A stretch of DNA of 64,000 nucleotides, from positions 160,001 to 224,000 of the forward strand of contig JAKFBS010000003.1 in assembly GCA_036677065.1 (NCBI GenBank). The letters run 5' to 3'. The notes beneath the pieces were generated by a model. The model made no database searches. It had not been told where the DNA came from and worked only from the letters and a program-made list of their open reading frames with translations. This stretch comes from Bdellovibrio sp. GTDB lineage: Bacteria; Bdellovibrionota; Bdellovibrionia; Bdellovibrionales; Bdellovibrionaceae. Shown here one piece after another: positions 46,339-56,509 of this stretch (positions are counted from its first letter, which is position 1; each line of letters begins with the position of its first letter). The position numbers and the translations under genes are program-made.

Positions 46339-47544
46339 ATGGGCAAAACAAGAGATGAATATCTTCAACAACACTGGACGGCATACCCTGATTGCCCACG
46401 CGGCTTTCTGCAATACGGCAGGGTGCATCAGCTTAGAGTCGGTGTAAATAACGTCAGCGAGTTCAAAGCTAAAGATTGCCCGCAATATAAAGGTTCTGAG
46501 GTTTTAGTTGATGGAGATCTAATCGCCATCATGGGCGCCGGCCAGTTTGTGTTACTGGCGCCGAATTTAACGACACGCCCTGGATTCTATAAAGCCGATG
46601 AAGACCCCTGGTTACGTAAAAAAGGTTTTTTTGAATATCTGCATCACTTACGCGTGTTTTTTCATGAAAAACGTTTTTTAGAAGTTAAAACACCAACTCT
46701 TGTTGAATGCCCCGGAACAGAACCCAGTTTAGATGTCTTTGAAACCGAATTAGTTCTAGGCTCGAAAACAAAGAAATACTTTCTGCCAACTTCGCCAGAA
46801 TTACATTTAAAAAAGCTATTAAGCTTAGGTGCAGATCGGGTATTTGAAATCGCTCCGGTATTTCGTAATAACGAAAAAACTGAACGCCATCATCATGAAT
46901 TTCTAATGTTAGAGTGGTACCGGGCGATGTCGTATTTAGCGAATATGAAACACGACACCATTGAGCTTATTGAATATATCTCTGATAAACTGCGGGTAGA
47001 GCGCCCGAAAGAAGTCTTAACTTTTTCTGTCGCAGACCTATTTAAAACCTACTGCCAATTTGATTTTAAACCCACGACAACGCTTGAAGAATTAAAAGCT
47101 TTAGCAAATAAGCTTAATGTGGATGTGCAAAGTGCGACAAGTATCGATGATTATTTCTATTTAATCTTCATGGAAAAAATCGAAAATAAATGGCCACAGG
47201 ATAGATTGGTCTTTGTCGAAAAATACCCTCCGTATCAGGCAGCCCTTGCCCGTATTGATAAAGATGGCTGGGCCGAGCGCTTTGAAGTGTACTGGAAAGG
47301 TTTAGAGCTTGCGAATGCCTTTCACGAGCTAAATAATCCTAGCGTGCAACGCGCACGTGCCAATGAAGATTTAGAAAAGAAAAAATTATTAGGGAAAAAA
47401 ACTGTCACTCTTGATGAAGAATTTTTCCAGTCACTTGAATACGGTATGCCTCCGAGCGCCGGTATTGCTTTGGGCGTTGAACGCCTCTATATGGCCCTCA
47501 AAAACGTCAAGTCTATTGACAGTCTTGTTGATTATTCATCGTGA
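46339..47544 (+). CDS. epmA: EF-P lysine aminoacylase EpmA (GenX/PoxA)
   Basis: FLEVKTP, LPTSPELHLKKLL, FRNNE, EFLMLEWYR, AERFEVY, ELANAFHEL, GMPPSAGIALGVERL. Confidence 0.92.
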   Translation: MGKTRDEYLQQHWTAYPDCPRGFLQYGRVHQLRVGVNNVSEFKAKDCPQYKGSEVLVDGDLIAIMGAGQFVLLAPNLTTRPGFYKADEDPWLRKKGFFEYLHHLRVFFHEKRFLEVKTPTLVECPGTEPSLDVFETELVLGSKTKKYFLPTSPELHLKKLLSLGADRVFEIAPVFRNNEKTERHHHEFLMLEWYRAMSYLANMKHDTIELIEYISDKLRVERPKEVLTFSVADLFKTYCQFDFKPTTTLEELKALANKLNVDVQSATSIDDYFYLIFMEKIENKWPQDRLVFVEKYPPYQAALARIDKDGWAERFEVYWKGLELANAFHELNNPSVQRARANEDLEKKKLLGKKTVTLDEEFFQSLEYGMPPSAGIALGVERLYMALKNVKSIDSLVDYSS

Positions 47545-47643
47545 TCACATTGTAGTGGAAAGTGACTGAAATTGTCGCTAAAACTAGTCCCACAAGAGTT
47601 ATTAAAAGACGGTTAAAGATACGTCATGGGGCATTGGGGATTT

Positions 47644-48567
47644 ATGAAGACATCAAATAAGCAAAAGGGTTGGGGAACTTTAAGTTTGCTTATTATGGTG
47701 GTCATGATCAGTGCCTGCGCTGAACAAAAAAGAGCGCAGGCTACTGATTCAGATTTACAAGAACAAGGGTTCGATTATTTTTCAGCAGAGTGTAATCCAG
47801 GACAACGTGCCGGTATTGTTAACGGCCAAGTTGTAAAACAAACTGATCCAGACGCAAATCGCTCGGTATTATTAATCTGGGAAGACAAAAAAGGCGAACA
47901 ACATCTTTGTTCATCATCATTAATTGATAATCAGACATTATTAACTGCTGCACATTGCGTGAATGATGCTGTGAAAATGCAAGCGGTGTTCTACACAGAT
48001 GTTTCTTGCGGCAGTGGTTACAAACGCACGCAACATGCGATTCCAGTAGATAAAATGATTTTTCATCCTGAATACACAAACATCGTCGAGGGCTCAACAG
48101 TTCTTGATGATAATAACGATTTAGGCTTAGTGCATTTATCGCGTCCGGCGCCAGCTAGTTTTCCGATCTTTAGAATTTCTAAAGCACCTGAAGCTTTAAC
48201 TTCAGAATTATTCTTATATGGTTTTGGTATTACCGGAACTTTTCAAAAAGATTCACTGTTATTGCGTAAAGCTACAGTGAAACGCAAATTCGATGATGAT
48301 GATCCAAATTCATACTTTATTAATAAGAATTTAATTTTTGGCCAAAAAGATGGACCGGGTTTATGCAGCGGTGATTCTGGCGGCGCAGTGTTAATGGATG
48401 ATAATGGTGAATTAGTCATCGCTGCTGTAAATTCAGAAGTTTTTATTGATCAGTCTGACACGTCAGGTGATCTATGTAATAACGGTGCAAGAACTGTTGT
48501 TGTTTATCACTATCTTGATAGTTGGATTACTCCAATCATGGCTCAATGGGGCCAATCTCCAAAATAA
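47644..48567 (+). CDS. Trypsin-like (S1) serine protease lipoprotein
   Basis: Lipobox ISAC; IVNG; triad TAAHC / NDLGL / GDSGG. Confidence 0.93.
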   Translation: MKTSNKQKGWGTLSLLIMVVMISACAEQKRAQATDSDLQEQGFDYFSAECNPGQRAGIVNGQVVKQTDPDANRSVLLIWEDKKGEQHLCSSSLIDNQTLLTAAHCVNDAVKMQAVFYTDVSCGSGYKRTQHAIPVDKMIFHPEYTNIVEGSTVLDDNNDLGLVHLSRPAPASFPIFRISKAPEALTSELFLYGFGITGTFQKDSLLLRKATVKRKFDDDDPNSYFINKNLIFGQKDGPGLCSGDSGGAVLMDDNGELVIAAVNSEVFIDQSDTSGDLCNNGARTVVVYHYLDSWITPIMAQWGQSPK

Positions 48568-48670
48568 AATTACCTGGACTAAGGTTTAGTAAAAACCTAG
48601 TTCTAGGTCCTAATTTCAACACTTAAGTCTAGTTCAACTACGACCATGGTCTAGTTTAACTCGACCAGAC

Positions 48671-48697
48671 TAAAGTGCTTCCTAGACTAGCCGAAAG
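48671..48697 (+). promoter_or_regulatory. Sigma28 (FliA) promoter of the flagellin gene
   Basis: TAAA-N15-GCCGAAAG upstream of flagellin. Confidence 0.8.
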
Positions 48698-48860
48698 GTA
48701 AGTAACAAAACGATTCGAGACTTACGAAAGTCTTGTTCGGAGAACTCTTAAGATGTGACTGTTTTAAGAAATTCGATGATGAACAATTCAGAGTACTAAG
48801 TGCAGGGTCACCAATTACGTACAACAGAACTACAAAGTAGTTCATGCAAAGGTTAAGACA

Positions 48861-49694
48861 ATGGGTTTAAGAATTTCGACAAACGTGGCATCGATCAACG
48901 CACAAAAAACAATGGGTGTAAATACTCGTGAGATGCAAAAATCAATGGCGCAGTTATCAACTGGTTCTCGTATCACTAAAGCGGGTGACGATGCTGCCGG
49001 CCTTGCGATCTCTGAAAATTTAAAATCAACAATCCGTTCATACGGACAAGCTTCACGAAATGCTAATGATGGTATCTCGATGATTCAAACGGCAGAGCAA
49101 TCTATGGGCGAGGTATCAAATATTTTAACTCGTATTCGTGAGTTAGGTATCCAGGCTTCTTCTGATACGATTGGTGATCAAGAACGTGGTTTCGTGCAAT
49201 CTGAGGTTGATGCTCTTAAGGCAGAGGTTCAGCGTGTGGCTGAATCAACAACTTTCGGTTCGCGTAAATTATTAGATGGCACTGGTGGAACATATGATAT
49301 CCACGTAGGTACATCTGCAAATGCAGCAACTGACTGGATTGGTTATGATGCTTCAAATACAAATGTAACGATTGATCATTTGGGTATTGGGGCTTTAGAT
49401 TTCACAACTAAAGACGGCGCTCGTGAAGGTTTATCAGCTTTAGATAATGCTCAATTAGCGGTTTCTGGTTCGCGCGCAAACTTAGGTTCATTACAAAATC
49501 GTTTAACTTCAACAGTAGATGTTATCGGTACAATGTCTGAGTCAATGAGTGCAGCAAATTCACGTCTACGTGATGCGGATATCGCTCAGACAACTTCTGA
49601 TTTAGCTCGTAACTCTGTTTTACTACAAGGTACGACTTCAGTGTTATCGCAAGCTAATATGCAACCGAATTTAGCTTTAAAACTTATTGGTTAA
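48861..49694 (+). CDS. fliC: Flagellin (short, 277 aa)
   Basis: MGLRISTNVAS, LSTGSRITKAGDDAAGLAISE, NANDGISMIQTAE, RANLGSLQNRL, SRLRDAD. Confidence 0.97.
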   Translation: MGLRISTNVASINAQKTMGVNTREMQKSMAQLSTGSRITKAGDDAAGLAISENLKSTIRSYGQASRNANDGISMIQTAEQSMGEVSNILTRIRELGIQASSDTIGDQERGFVQSEVDALKAEVQRVAESTTFGSRKLLDGTGGTYDIHVGTSANAATDWIGYDASNTNVTIDHLGIGALDFTTKDGAREGLSALDNAQLAVSGSRANLGSLQNRLTSTVDVIGTMSESMSAANSRLRDADIAQTTSDLARNSVLLQGTTSVLSQANMQPNLALKLIG

Positions 49695-49723
49695 TCGTTA
49701 GTAAGATATTTAGAACTTAAAAT

Positions 49724-49753
49724 AAAAAAGCGAGGACTAATCCTCGCTTTTTT
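49724..49753. terminator. Bidirectional intrinsic terminator between flagellin and HU/IHF
   Basis: AAAAAAGCGAGGA-CTAA-TCCTCGCTTTTTT. Confidence 0.9.
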
Positions 49754-50028
49754 TATTTGTTCAGAGATTCTTTTAATTCTTTGCCGACTTTGAAAAACGG
49801 TAATTTCTTTTCATCGACAGAAATCACTTCGCCGGTTCTTGGATTGCGGCCTTTGTAAGAATCATATTCACGATTTACGAATGATCCGAAACCACGAATT
49901 TCGATACGGTCATCTTTCATTAAAGCTTCAACCATAGTGTCAAAAATAGTATTCACAACGGCCTCTGCTTTTACGCGAGTAATGCCGGCTTTATCAGAAA
50001 CAAGATTGATCAGATCAGCTTTAGTCAT
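49753..50028 (-). CDS. HU/IHF family DNA-binding protein (IHF beta-like)
   Basis: MTKADLI, RIEIRGFGSF, GRNPRTGE, PFFKVGKELKE. Confidence 0.95.
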   Translation of the reverse strand: MTKADLINLVSDKAGITRVKAEAVVNTIFDTMVEALMKDDRIEIRGFGSFVNREYDSYKGRNPRTGEVISVDEKKLPFFKVGKELKESLNK

Positions 50029-50068
50029 AGGGCCTCTAAGTTATCGAAACTACTGATATTATGGCTGG

Positions 50069-51352
50069 TTATTTGTCTTTTGCAAATAGACTTTGCAAAG
50101 GCCCAGAGATCTTTTTGCGGCGCTTAAAATAGGGCGATTTTTCGATTATTTGAAAATAGGCTGCTAATAAAGCATCAATCATCTTTTCACGGTTGAAAAA
50201 CTTCAATACTTTGTCCCGGGCTGCCTCTCCAATAAGCGCAAAAGCATCCTGTTCGTTCAGAACTTTCTCTAATAATTGAGCAATATTTAGATCATCGGCC
50301 GGTCTGACTAGATATCCATCAAGCCCGTCTTCAATAATTTCAGCAATCGGGCTAAGTTCTGAACCAATCACGATTTTTTTCTGAGCCATGGCTTCGATCA
50401 AACTTGGTTCTAGACCCGTCGATCTTGAACTTAAATCCACATAAATACTAGAAGCCGCAATACATTCTAATAGGTCTTCGGCGGTCATTGATCCGGTCAT
50501 GATCACGCGACTGCCTAACACTAATTTGAGCATGTCGTATTCGACGTCTTTCCAGCGTGGGCCATCGCCCACTAAGAATAAATAAACGTTCGAATTTTTC
50601 ATAATGATTTTTTCAAATGCTTTTAATAACGGGCGAAGCTCTAAGGCATTAGAAAAATCTGAAACGGCTAAAATAATTTGAGCTTCTTCAGGAATCTGCA
50701 TTTTTAATTTAAAATTCGCAGATTCTTGGCGGGGAGCTAAATCCCCTAAATTAATCCCGTAAGGAACAGTGTAAGTATGATAATCAGGATATAGAAAATA
50801 TCTTTCTAAAATCGTGCGCTGTTGCGGCGTCGTAACAAATATCCCATCAGCAGTATCAAGGAGAGATCTATCTTTAGCGAAAAAATTATGAATAAAGCGG
50901 TAGCCTAACTTAATCGAAGTTTTAAATTGCGATTGTAAGCTTCCGTCATTTTCAGCCAGTGTTGAAAATAGATCAGACATCGTTGTCGCTTGTACATCAT
51001 AAGCCACACAAGTTTTAAAATTATTCTTATGACGGCCGATTTTGTAACCGCCGTCATCTAAGCAGTGAACAATATCAAAAGGTTTATCTAAGTGAAGTGA
51101 CGTAAATTTTTTATGAACAGCATCGACAAAACGCTGCGTTTTATAGTGCGAACCACCTTCAAACAGATAATAAGCGCGCACGCCATCGCGATAAATTTCA
51201 GATTTTTTTAAGGGCGTCGTCGATGAAAGAATCGTTACTTCGTGGCCTTTTTTTGAAAGTCCACGCGCTAAAGGCCAAAGTAATCCTGTGTCCGAAGAGC
51301 GGCTTTGCACTTGGATTTTTTGACCAATGAGGCAGATTCTTAGTTTTTCCAT
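50069..51352 (-). CDS. Glycosyltransferase family 4
   Basis: LARGLSKKGHEV, VPYGI, LVGDGP, LIEAMA, EII.DG.DGYLV. Confidence 0.9.
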   Translation of the reverse strand: MEKLRICLIGQKIQVQSRSSDTGLLWPLARGLSKKGHEVTILSSTTPLKKSEIYRDGVRAYYLFEGGSHYKTQRFVDAVHKKFTSLHLDKPFDIVHCLDDGGYKIGRHKNNFKTCVAYDVQATTMSDLFSTLAENDGSLQSQFKTSIKLGYRFIHNFFAKDRSLLDTADGIFVTTPQQRTILERYFLYPDYHTYTVPYGINLGDLAPRQESANFKLKMQIPEEAQIILAVSDFSNALELRPLLKAFEKIIMKNSNVYLFLVGDGPRWKDVEYDMLKLVLGSRVIMTGSMTAEDLLECIAASSIYVDLSSRSTGLEPSLIEAMAQKKIVIGSELSPIAEIIEDGLDGYLVRPADDLNIAQLLEKVLNEQDAFALIGEAARDKVLKFFNREKMIDALLAAYFQIIEKSPYFKRRKKISGPLQSLFAKDK

Positions 51353-51354
51353 AG

Positions 51355-52377
51355 TTATAGTTTAGCGGATCCCGGGTGGATTAAGGAAGCCCTTTGCGAA
51401 ACGATTTTGGTGTAAAGTCTAGCTAGCTCATTCAGTTTTACATCTAAAGAGCTTTTAAAATCGAAGCTAAGTTTAGCTGGACTTTTTTGTTCGACAATTT
51501 GTTTTGAAATAAACTGATCGATAGCATGAAGTTGTATAGCGCTCGAGACACGCGGTGAATAGATAAAACAATTTTTTTCAGTTTTCCAGAAATTCGCAAA
51601 GCCTGTGCCTTGATCTTCATGCAAAATTAAAAAGTTATTATAAATTAAAGCTGATTCTATCCAGAAAGCGACTTGTTCGCTGGATAAATCTAAATGATGA
51701 ATAAATGTGTATGAAGAATTTTCATCTAAGACTTCATTTAATGTTGTCAGTTCAGTGAATAGTTTAAAATTGCTAAACTGGGGATTTTTTTTAACAAAAG
51801 CTGACCAGTTTTTTCTTAAAGTAGAACTTTGGCCGCCTTCTTTTTTTGAACGCAATAAGTGCGCATCAACATAAAGCCCCTGCTGTTCTTTTAACGAAGG
51901 TAGTGCCTGAAAATTAATTTTTAACAGATCATCAAAACTTTTTAATACCGGAAAAATAAATTGCGGCGCTTCATTTGAAAAATCTTTTTTTGGCACAAGA
52001 TTGTTGGCCGGAAACGAAGGTAAAATTAACTTTTGCCCACGGTAAAAACGCATTTTTTTAAGTTCAGAAATATAGGGTAAAGTGATTGCATCAAAAAAAT
52101 TAAATTCAAAATCCTGTAATAATCCCGGTTCTAAACGACAGTAAGTAGTAAGTAGTGTCGCGGCACCTAGTGCTTTGGCCGACCAAGCCGACAAGACAGT
52201 TTTTAAATTAATGTTTGGATCGTTATGAATAAAATGAATTAAATCATATTTATTTAAAACTAAACGTAAGGGGTGAACACTATCTGTGATTTCAATATGA
52301 AGGCTCATTTTTTCTAGCTCTGAAGCCAGAAATTGCACCTGATCGTTTATTTGCGGACAAACGATCAAGACTTTCAT
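51355..52377 (-). CDS. Hypothetical protein, possibly a degenerate GT-B fold
   Basis: MKVLIVC...YDLIHF N-terminus; in operon with GT4. Confidence 0.65.
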   Translation of the reverse strand: MKVLIVCPQINDQVQFLASELEKMSLHIEITDSVHPLRLVLNKYDLIHFIHNDPNINLKTVLSAWSAKALGAATLLTTYCRLEPGLLQDFEFNFFDAITLPYISELKKMRFYRGQKLILPSFPANNLVPKKDFSNEAPQFIFPVLKSFDDLLKINFQALPSLKEQQGLYVDAHLLRSKKEGGQSSTLRKNWSAFVKKNPQFSNFKLFTELTTLNEVLDENSSYTFIHHLDLSSEQVAFWIESALIYNNFLILHEDQGTGFANFWKTEKNCFIYSPRVSSAIQLHAIDQFISKQIVEQKSPAKLSFDFKSSLDVKLNELARLYTKIVSQRASLIHPGSAKL

Positions 52378-52850
52378 AGATTAAATGCCTTAAAAATGCG
52401 GGGTAAGTTTTTACGATTCGCTTCGGGAATATTGCGATTCGTAAGCTCGGCGGGCACAACCCAGTCTAAGCCGGTATGATGTTGGGCTTTAGGTTCGCCT
52501 TTCCAGAATAAAACTTCATAAAATAGAATAAGAATACCCACATCGCCGTAAGAATGAGTGCAGGCAATTTTTAGATCGCCGATTTCAGCTTCGATACCTA
52601 ATTCTTCACGTAATTCACGTTGTAAAGCGTACTCAGGAGATTCGCCCATTTCGATTTTTCCGCCAGGAAATTCCCATAAACCACCCAAGGTGTGGGTCTC
52701 AGGGCGTTGACCAACAAGAATCATATTATTTTTTTTAATGATACCCGCAACTACAGGAATCCAGTTCTTTTTTGAGCGCGTGGTTTTCTTGCCGTTAACG
52801 GGTAGTGTGGCCGGATTTGAATTCTGAGCCCGATTGTTGGAGTTTGGCAA
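52374..52850 (-). CDS. mutT: NUDIX hydrolase, MutT family
   Basis: WEFPGGKIEMGESPEYALQRELREELGI; probable TTG start at 52850 with SD AAGG, overlapping the pyrD 3' end. Confidence 0.88.
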   Translation of the reverse strand: MPNSNNRAQNSNPATLPVNGKKTTRSKKNWIPVVAGIIKKNNMILVGQRPETHTLGGLWEFPGGKIEMGESPEYALQRELREELGIEAEIGDLKIACTHSYGDVGILILFYEVLFWKGEPKAQHHTGLDWVVPAELTNRNIPEANRKNLPRIFKAFNL

Positions 52851-53829
52851 GTTTGTGGACCTTTCTAAAAAAACCTGGGCCTTCAAAAACTAAGGTCGAA
52901 TAAACCTGAACTAAGTCTGCCCCGAGGTTTATTCTTTCAAAAACATCGTCTGCTGTCATCACTCCACCGACAGAAATCAGACATTTTTTCTCATTTTGTT
53001 TAAGAATAATGTTTTTCGCCTGCATTAACGCTTGAATTGATTTTTCTTTAAGCGGTTTGCCAGAAACGCCACCCTCTACAGGGAAATTTGGGGTGTGGGT
53101 GCGATCTAAAGTAGTATTTGTTAAAATAAATCCGTCAAAACCATGATCCATTGAGCCTTTAAGAACGTTTTCTTGGCCTTCGCTATCTAAATCAGGGCTT
53201 AATTTTAAGAATAAAGGCGTAGATAGCTTTAATTCGTCATAGTGTTTGCGAATGGGTGCGATAAACGCATTAAAGTTTTCGATTGATGCTAAATCACGTA
53301 GCCCCTTGGTGTTCGGACTTGAAATATTAACCACGAACGCATCGGCCACATCAGCAAAATGGGTGATCAGCTGCGAATAGTCTTTGTGAGCATCAGCATT
53401 ATCAGTCACGCGGTTTTTGCCGATATTCACAAACACCGGAGTGGATGCATGTGATTTGAATTTTTTAATATTAAAATAAACTTCGGATGCGCCTTCAGAC
53501 GGAAAACCCATTTTATTCCACACCGCTTCAGCCTTAATATCGCGATTCATAATCACACCAGGATTTGGGCTTTGTGGTTGCGGTGTCACCGTGCCGACTT
53601 CAATAAAGCCGCAACCGACACGGCGCCAAGCTTCAAGATGGTCAGCATTTTTATCAACGCCACCAGCGATACCTAATCTATTTTTGAAGATGATATTTTT
53701 AAAAGAAAAAGGGTTCCAAACCGGTGTGATATCAGAACCCTTTAAAAGAGAATATAATTCTAAACCGTAGGGGCTTAGATCGTGCGCTAACTTTGACGGT
53801 AAAAAAAGCCAAGGTTTGCGTAAGCTCAT
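52795..53829 (-). CDS. pyrD: Quinone-dependent dihydroorotate dehydrogenase
   Basis: GIAGGVDKNA, EVGTVTP, VNIGKN, VNISSPNT.GLR, KLSPD, GGVSGKP. Confidence 0.95.
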   Translation of the reverse strand: MSLRKPWLFLPSKLAHDLSPYGLELYSLLKGSDITPVWNPFSFKNIIFKNRLGIAGGVDKNADHLEAWRRVGCGFIEVGTVTPQPQSPNPGVIMNRDIKAEAVWNKMGFPSEGASEVYFNIKKFKSHASTPVFVNIGKNRVTDNADAHKDYSQLITHFADVADAFVVNISSPNTKGLRDLASIENFNAFIAPIRKHYDELKLSTPLFLKLSPDLDSEGQENVLKGSMDHGFDGFILTNTTLDRTHTPNFPVEGGVSGKPLKEKSIQALMQAKNIILKQNEKKCLISVGGVMTADDVFERINLGADLVQVYSTLVFEGPGFFRKVHKLAKLQQSGSEFKSGHTTR

Positions 53830-53831
53830 TA

Positions 53832-55124
53832 TTAGCGAGGATACAATCCGCGAAGTAACATCGCTCTTTCTAAACGTTGAATTGAAACAGCTAAAGCCGC
53901 TGAACGCATATCAACTTTTTTCTCTTCTTTGAATTTGTTTACGTTATCGAAAGCTTTAAGGATAACACCTTTAAGTTTTGCATCAACGTCATGTTCATCC
54001 CAGAAGAATGACATAATATCTTGAACCCATTCAAAGTAAGAAACGATAACGCCACCGCCGTTGGCGATAACATCAGGAACTAAGTGAATGCCACGTTGAT
54101 CTAAAATTTTCGTCGCAGCAGATGTCACAGGACCATTTGCGCCTTCGATAATGAATTTAGCTTTGATTTTTTCTGCGTTGTGAACGTCAATTTGACCTTC
54201 TAAAGCACATGGTAATAAAGCATCGCACTCAAGTTCTAACAATTCTGCATTCGAAATTTTGTGAGCTTTTGTGTAACCTTGTAATGATTTATTTTCTTTT
54301 ACGTAATCCATCATCTCTTGAACGTTTAAGCCGTCACCATTGAAGTAACCACCAGAAACATCAGATACTGCGATGATACGAGAACCGCGGTCATGAGCAA
54401 ATTTAGCAGCGAAAGAGCCTACGTTACCAAAACCTTGGATAACGATTTTAGCTCCGTTCATTGATTTGCCTTTCATTTCCATGGCGCGTTCACAAACGTA
54501 AATCACACCTAAGCCAGTTGCATGGTTACGACCTAAAGATCCACCGATTTCAACAGGTTTACCAGTGACAACACCAGGTTGTGCATAGCCACCTTGTTCT
54601 TGCGAATAAGTGTCCATGAACCAAGCCATAGTTTGTGGATCAGTACCCACATCCGGAGCTGGAATATCTTTTGTCGGTCCAACGAAAGGAGCGATTTCAG
54701 ATGTATAACGACGAGTTAAGTTTTGTTTTTCAGTGCGCGATAATCTAGTTGGATCGACACAAATACCACCTTTAGCTCCACCTAATGGCAAACCTAAAAC
54801 TGAATTTTTGAAAGTCATTAATGCAGCTAATCCTACAACTTCTGCAAGATCTACGTTTTGGTGATAACGAATTCCACCTTTGTAGGGGCCAAGTGTTGAG
54901 TTGTATTGAACGCGGTAACCCGTAAAACATTTTACTGAGCCATCATCCATGCGAGTTGGAATTGAAACCGTTACACAACGACGAGGTTGTTGTAAACGTT
55001 CTAAAATATTTGGATCGCAGTTAATTAATTTCGCAGCTTCTTTAATTGTATTTAAAGCATTTTGAAATAAAGGGCCTTGTAAGTGTGATTCTGCGTGCGG
55101 ATTTAAATTGTCTTGAGCTGCCAT
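53832..55124 (-). CDS. gdhA: Glu/Leu/Phe/Val dehydrogenase (glutamate dehydrogenase)
   Basis: GPYKGGIRY, LGGAKGG, DIPAPDVGT, VTGKP, QGFGNVG, EGANGP, VSYFEWVQ. Confidence 0.93.
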   Translation of the reverse strand: MAAQDNLNPHAESHLQGPLFQNALNTIKEAAKLINCDPNILERLQQPRRCVTVSIPTRMDDGSVKCFTGYRVQYNSTLGPYKGGIRYHQNVDLAEVVGLAALMTFKNSVLGLPLGGAKGGICVDPTRLSRTEKQNLTRRYTSEIAPFVGPTKDIPAPDVGTDPQTMAWFMDTYSQEQGGYAQPGVVTGKPVEIGGSLGRNHATGLGVIYVCERAMEMKGKSMNGAKIVIQGFGNVGSFAAKFAHDRGSRIIAVSDVSGGYFNGDGLNVQEMMDYVKENKSLQGYTKAHKISNAELLELECDALLPCALEGQIDVHNAEKIKAKFIIEGANGPVTSAATKILDQRGIHLVPDVIANGGGVIVSYFEWVQDIMSFFWDEHDVDAKLKGVILKAFDNVNKFKEEKKVDMRSAALAVSIQRLERAMLLRGLYPR

Positions 55125-55175
55125 GAGCTATCTCCTTAAGTGACTTTTGAATGAGAGTATTGTAGAAAAACCTCT

Positions 55176-56507
55176 ATGAACTGTCGAGCTAAAACTCTAA
55201 TTGTGACTCTGATGCGTCTAACTGTTGTGGTTATGATTATAGCTGTTAGTCCAGCCTTCGCAGGCTATTCGGTGATCAATGATACACCGAAATTGTCGAT
55301 TTACCCCGAGTGGATTTACTCAAGAATGATGGCCACGCAAGGGTGGAAACCCTCTCTAGATGTTTCTAGCGAATGTAAGCTTAGTTTTTCATCACCAGAG
55401 CTAGTGCCAGCAAAGTGTGAAGCGCATTACAAGTTGTCGTATTGGGAGACTTTTTTAAGCAAACTTTACGTTGCCTTTGATTTCACCGATCAAACAAAGT
55501 TTCAGCGTATTCAGTTCGAACCACAGGCAGGTTTGAAAATTCGAGGTCTTTTGGGCTTGCAGGCTGAAAACGGCGTCGTTCAGAAGAAACCATTAATTAT
55601 CGTGCGCATGGGCATCTATGGCAATGTCGACGAGGTTTTAGCCGAAAGATTTTTAGCCCGCATAGCTTATCAGGATTTAGGTTATCACTTGCTGATCATC
55701 GAAAGTTTAACCAGTCATGGCTATCTAACTTTAAATGATGAATACAGTATTGGCGGCATCGAAGAAGGCCTGCATACATTTTATATTTTAAATTTAATCA
55801 CACATCACAAAATTTCTTGGGCTAAAGATGTTTCTGATATTTATCTGATGGGTTTAAGTCTTTCAGGGCCGGGCGCATTTGTTACGAACTACTTAGACGA
55901 ACACTCAAAGATTAACGGAAAAAATAAAAAAGCTGATTTAAAAGCGATCGAATTATTTTGTCCATTGGTGAATTTTGATGAAACTTATAAAGAGCATTCA
56001 AAACCCGGATTGTTTTCAGCGTCGGCCGATGTTTGGAATCGCGTAAGACTTCAGGCTTTACGCCTGCGTGATAAAAAATTAGAAGATATTCCGTGGTGGA
56101 AGACGATTTTTGATTTAACCCCCCGGTTTATGCCGCAAGCCTTAGGTGATTTAAATGTTAAACGGGGAAAACCAGTTTTTAAATTAGAAAATTTCAAAGA
56201 ATTTCCCGATTTAAAATTACCGCAAGAATTTGTAGACCACATTGCTCAAAGTAAGACGCTATTTGAATTAAATCAGTTTTGGAATTTTTATAAAAACGAA
56301 CAAACACCGATTCACATTTTTGTAACACCGAATGATCCGCTGGTGATGTCGACGTTAAATAGTGATTTGATCCGTAATAAAAAACAACCCGGTGTATTTA
56401 ACAAAGTGCGATTCACGGATTTAAAGGGAATGCATTGTGCGCTGGCCGCAGAGTACCAGTGGCCATTTCTGGTTGAACTGGTTCGTCGTGGTTTTGAAAT
56501 AAAATAA
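55176..56507 (+). CDS. Secreted alpha/beta hydrolase-fold protein
   Basis: Signal peptide ending AFA; nucleophile-like GLSLSG, NDPLV, GMHC. Confidence 0.7.
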   Translation: MNCRAKTLIVTLMRLTVVVMIIAVSPAFAGYSVINDTPKLSIYPEWIYSRMMATQGWKPSLDVSSECKLSFSSPELVPAKCEAHYKLSYWETFLSKLYVAFDFTDQTKFQRIQFEPQAGLKIRGLLGLQAENGVVQKKPLIIVRMGIYGNVDEVLAERFLARIAYQDLGYHLLIIESLTSHGYLTLNDEYSIGGIEEGLHTFYILNLITHHKISWAKDVSDIYLMGLSLSGPGAFVTNYLDEHSKINGKNKKADLKAIELFCPLVNFDETYKEHSKPGLFSASADVWNRVRLQALRLRDKKLEDIPWWKTIFDLTPRFMPQALGDLNVKRGKPVFKLENFKEFPDLKLPQEFVDHIAQSKTLFELNQFWNFYKNEQTPIHIFVTPNDPLVMSTLNSDLIRNKKQPGVFNKVRFTDLKGMHCALAAEYQWPFLVELVRRGFEIK

Positions 56508-56509
56508 AA

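Noticed and set aside
48700..48860. c-di-GMP-I riboswitch in the flagellin leader
   Set aside because: Hairpins are present but the GGCAAA...GACGCAAAG-type consensus is not; kept only as an unassigned structured leader.
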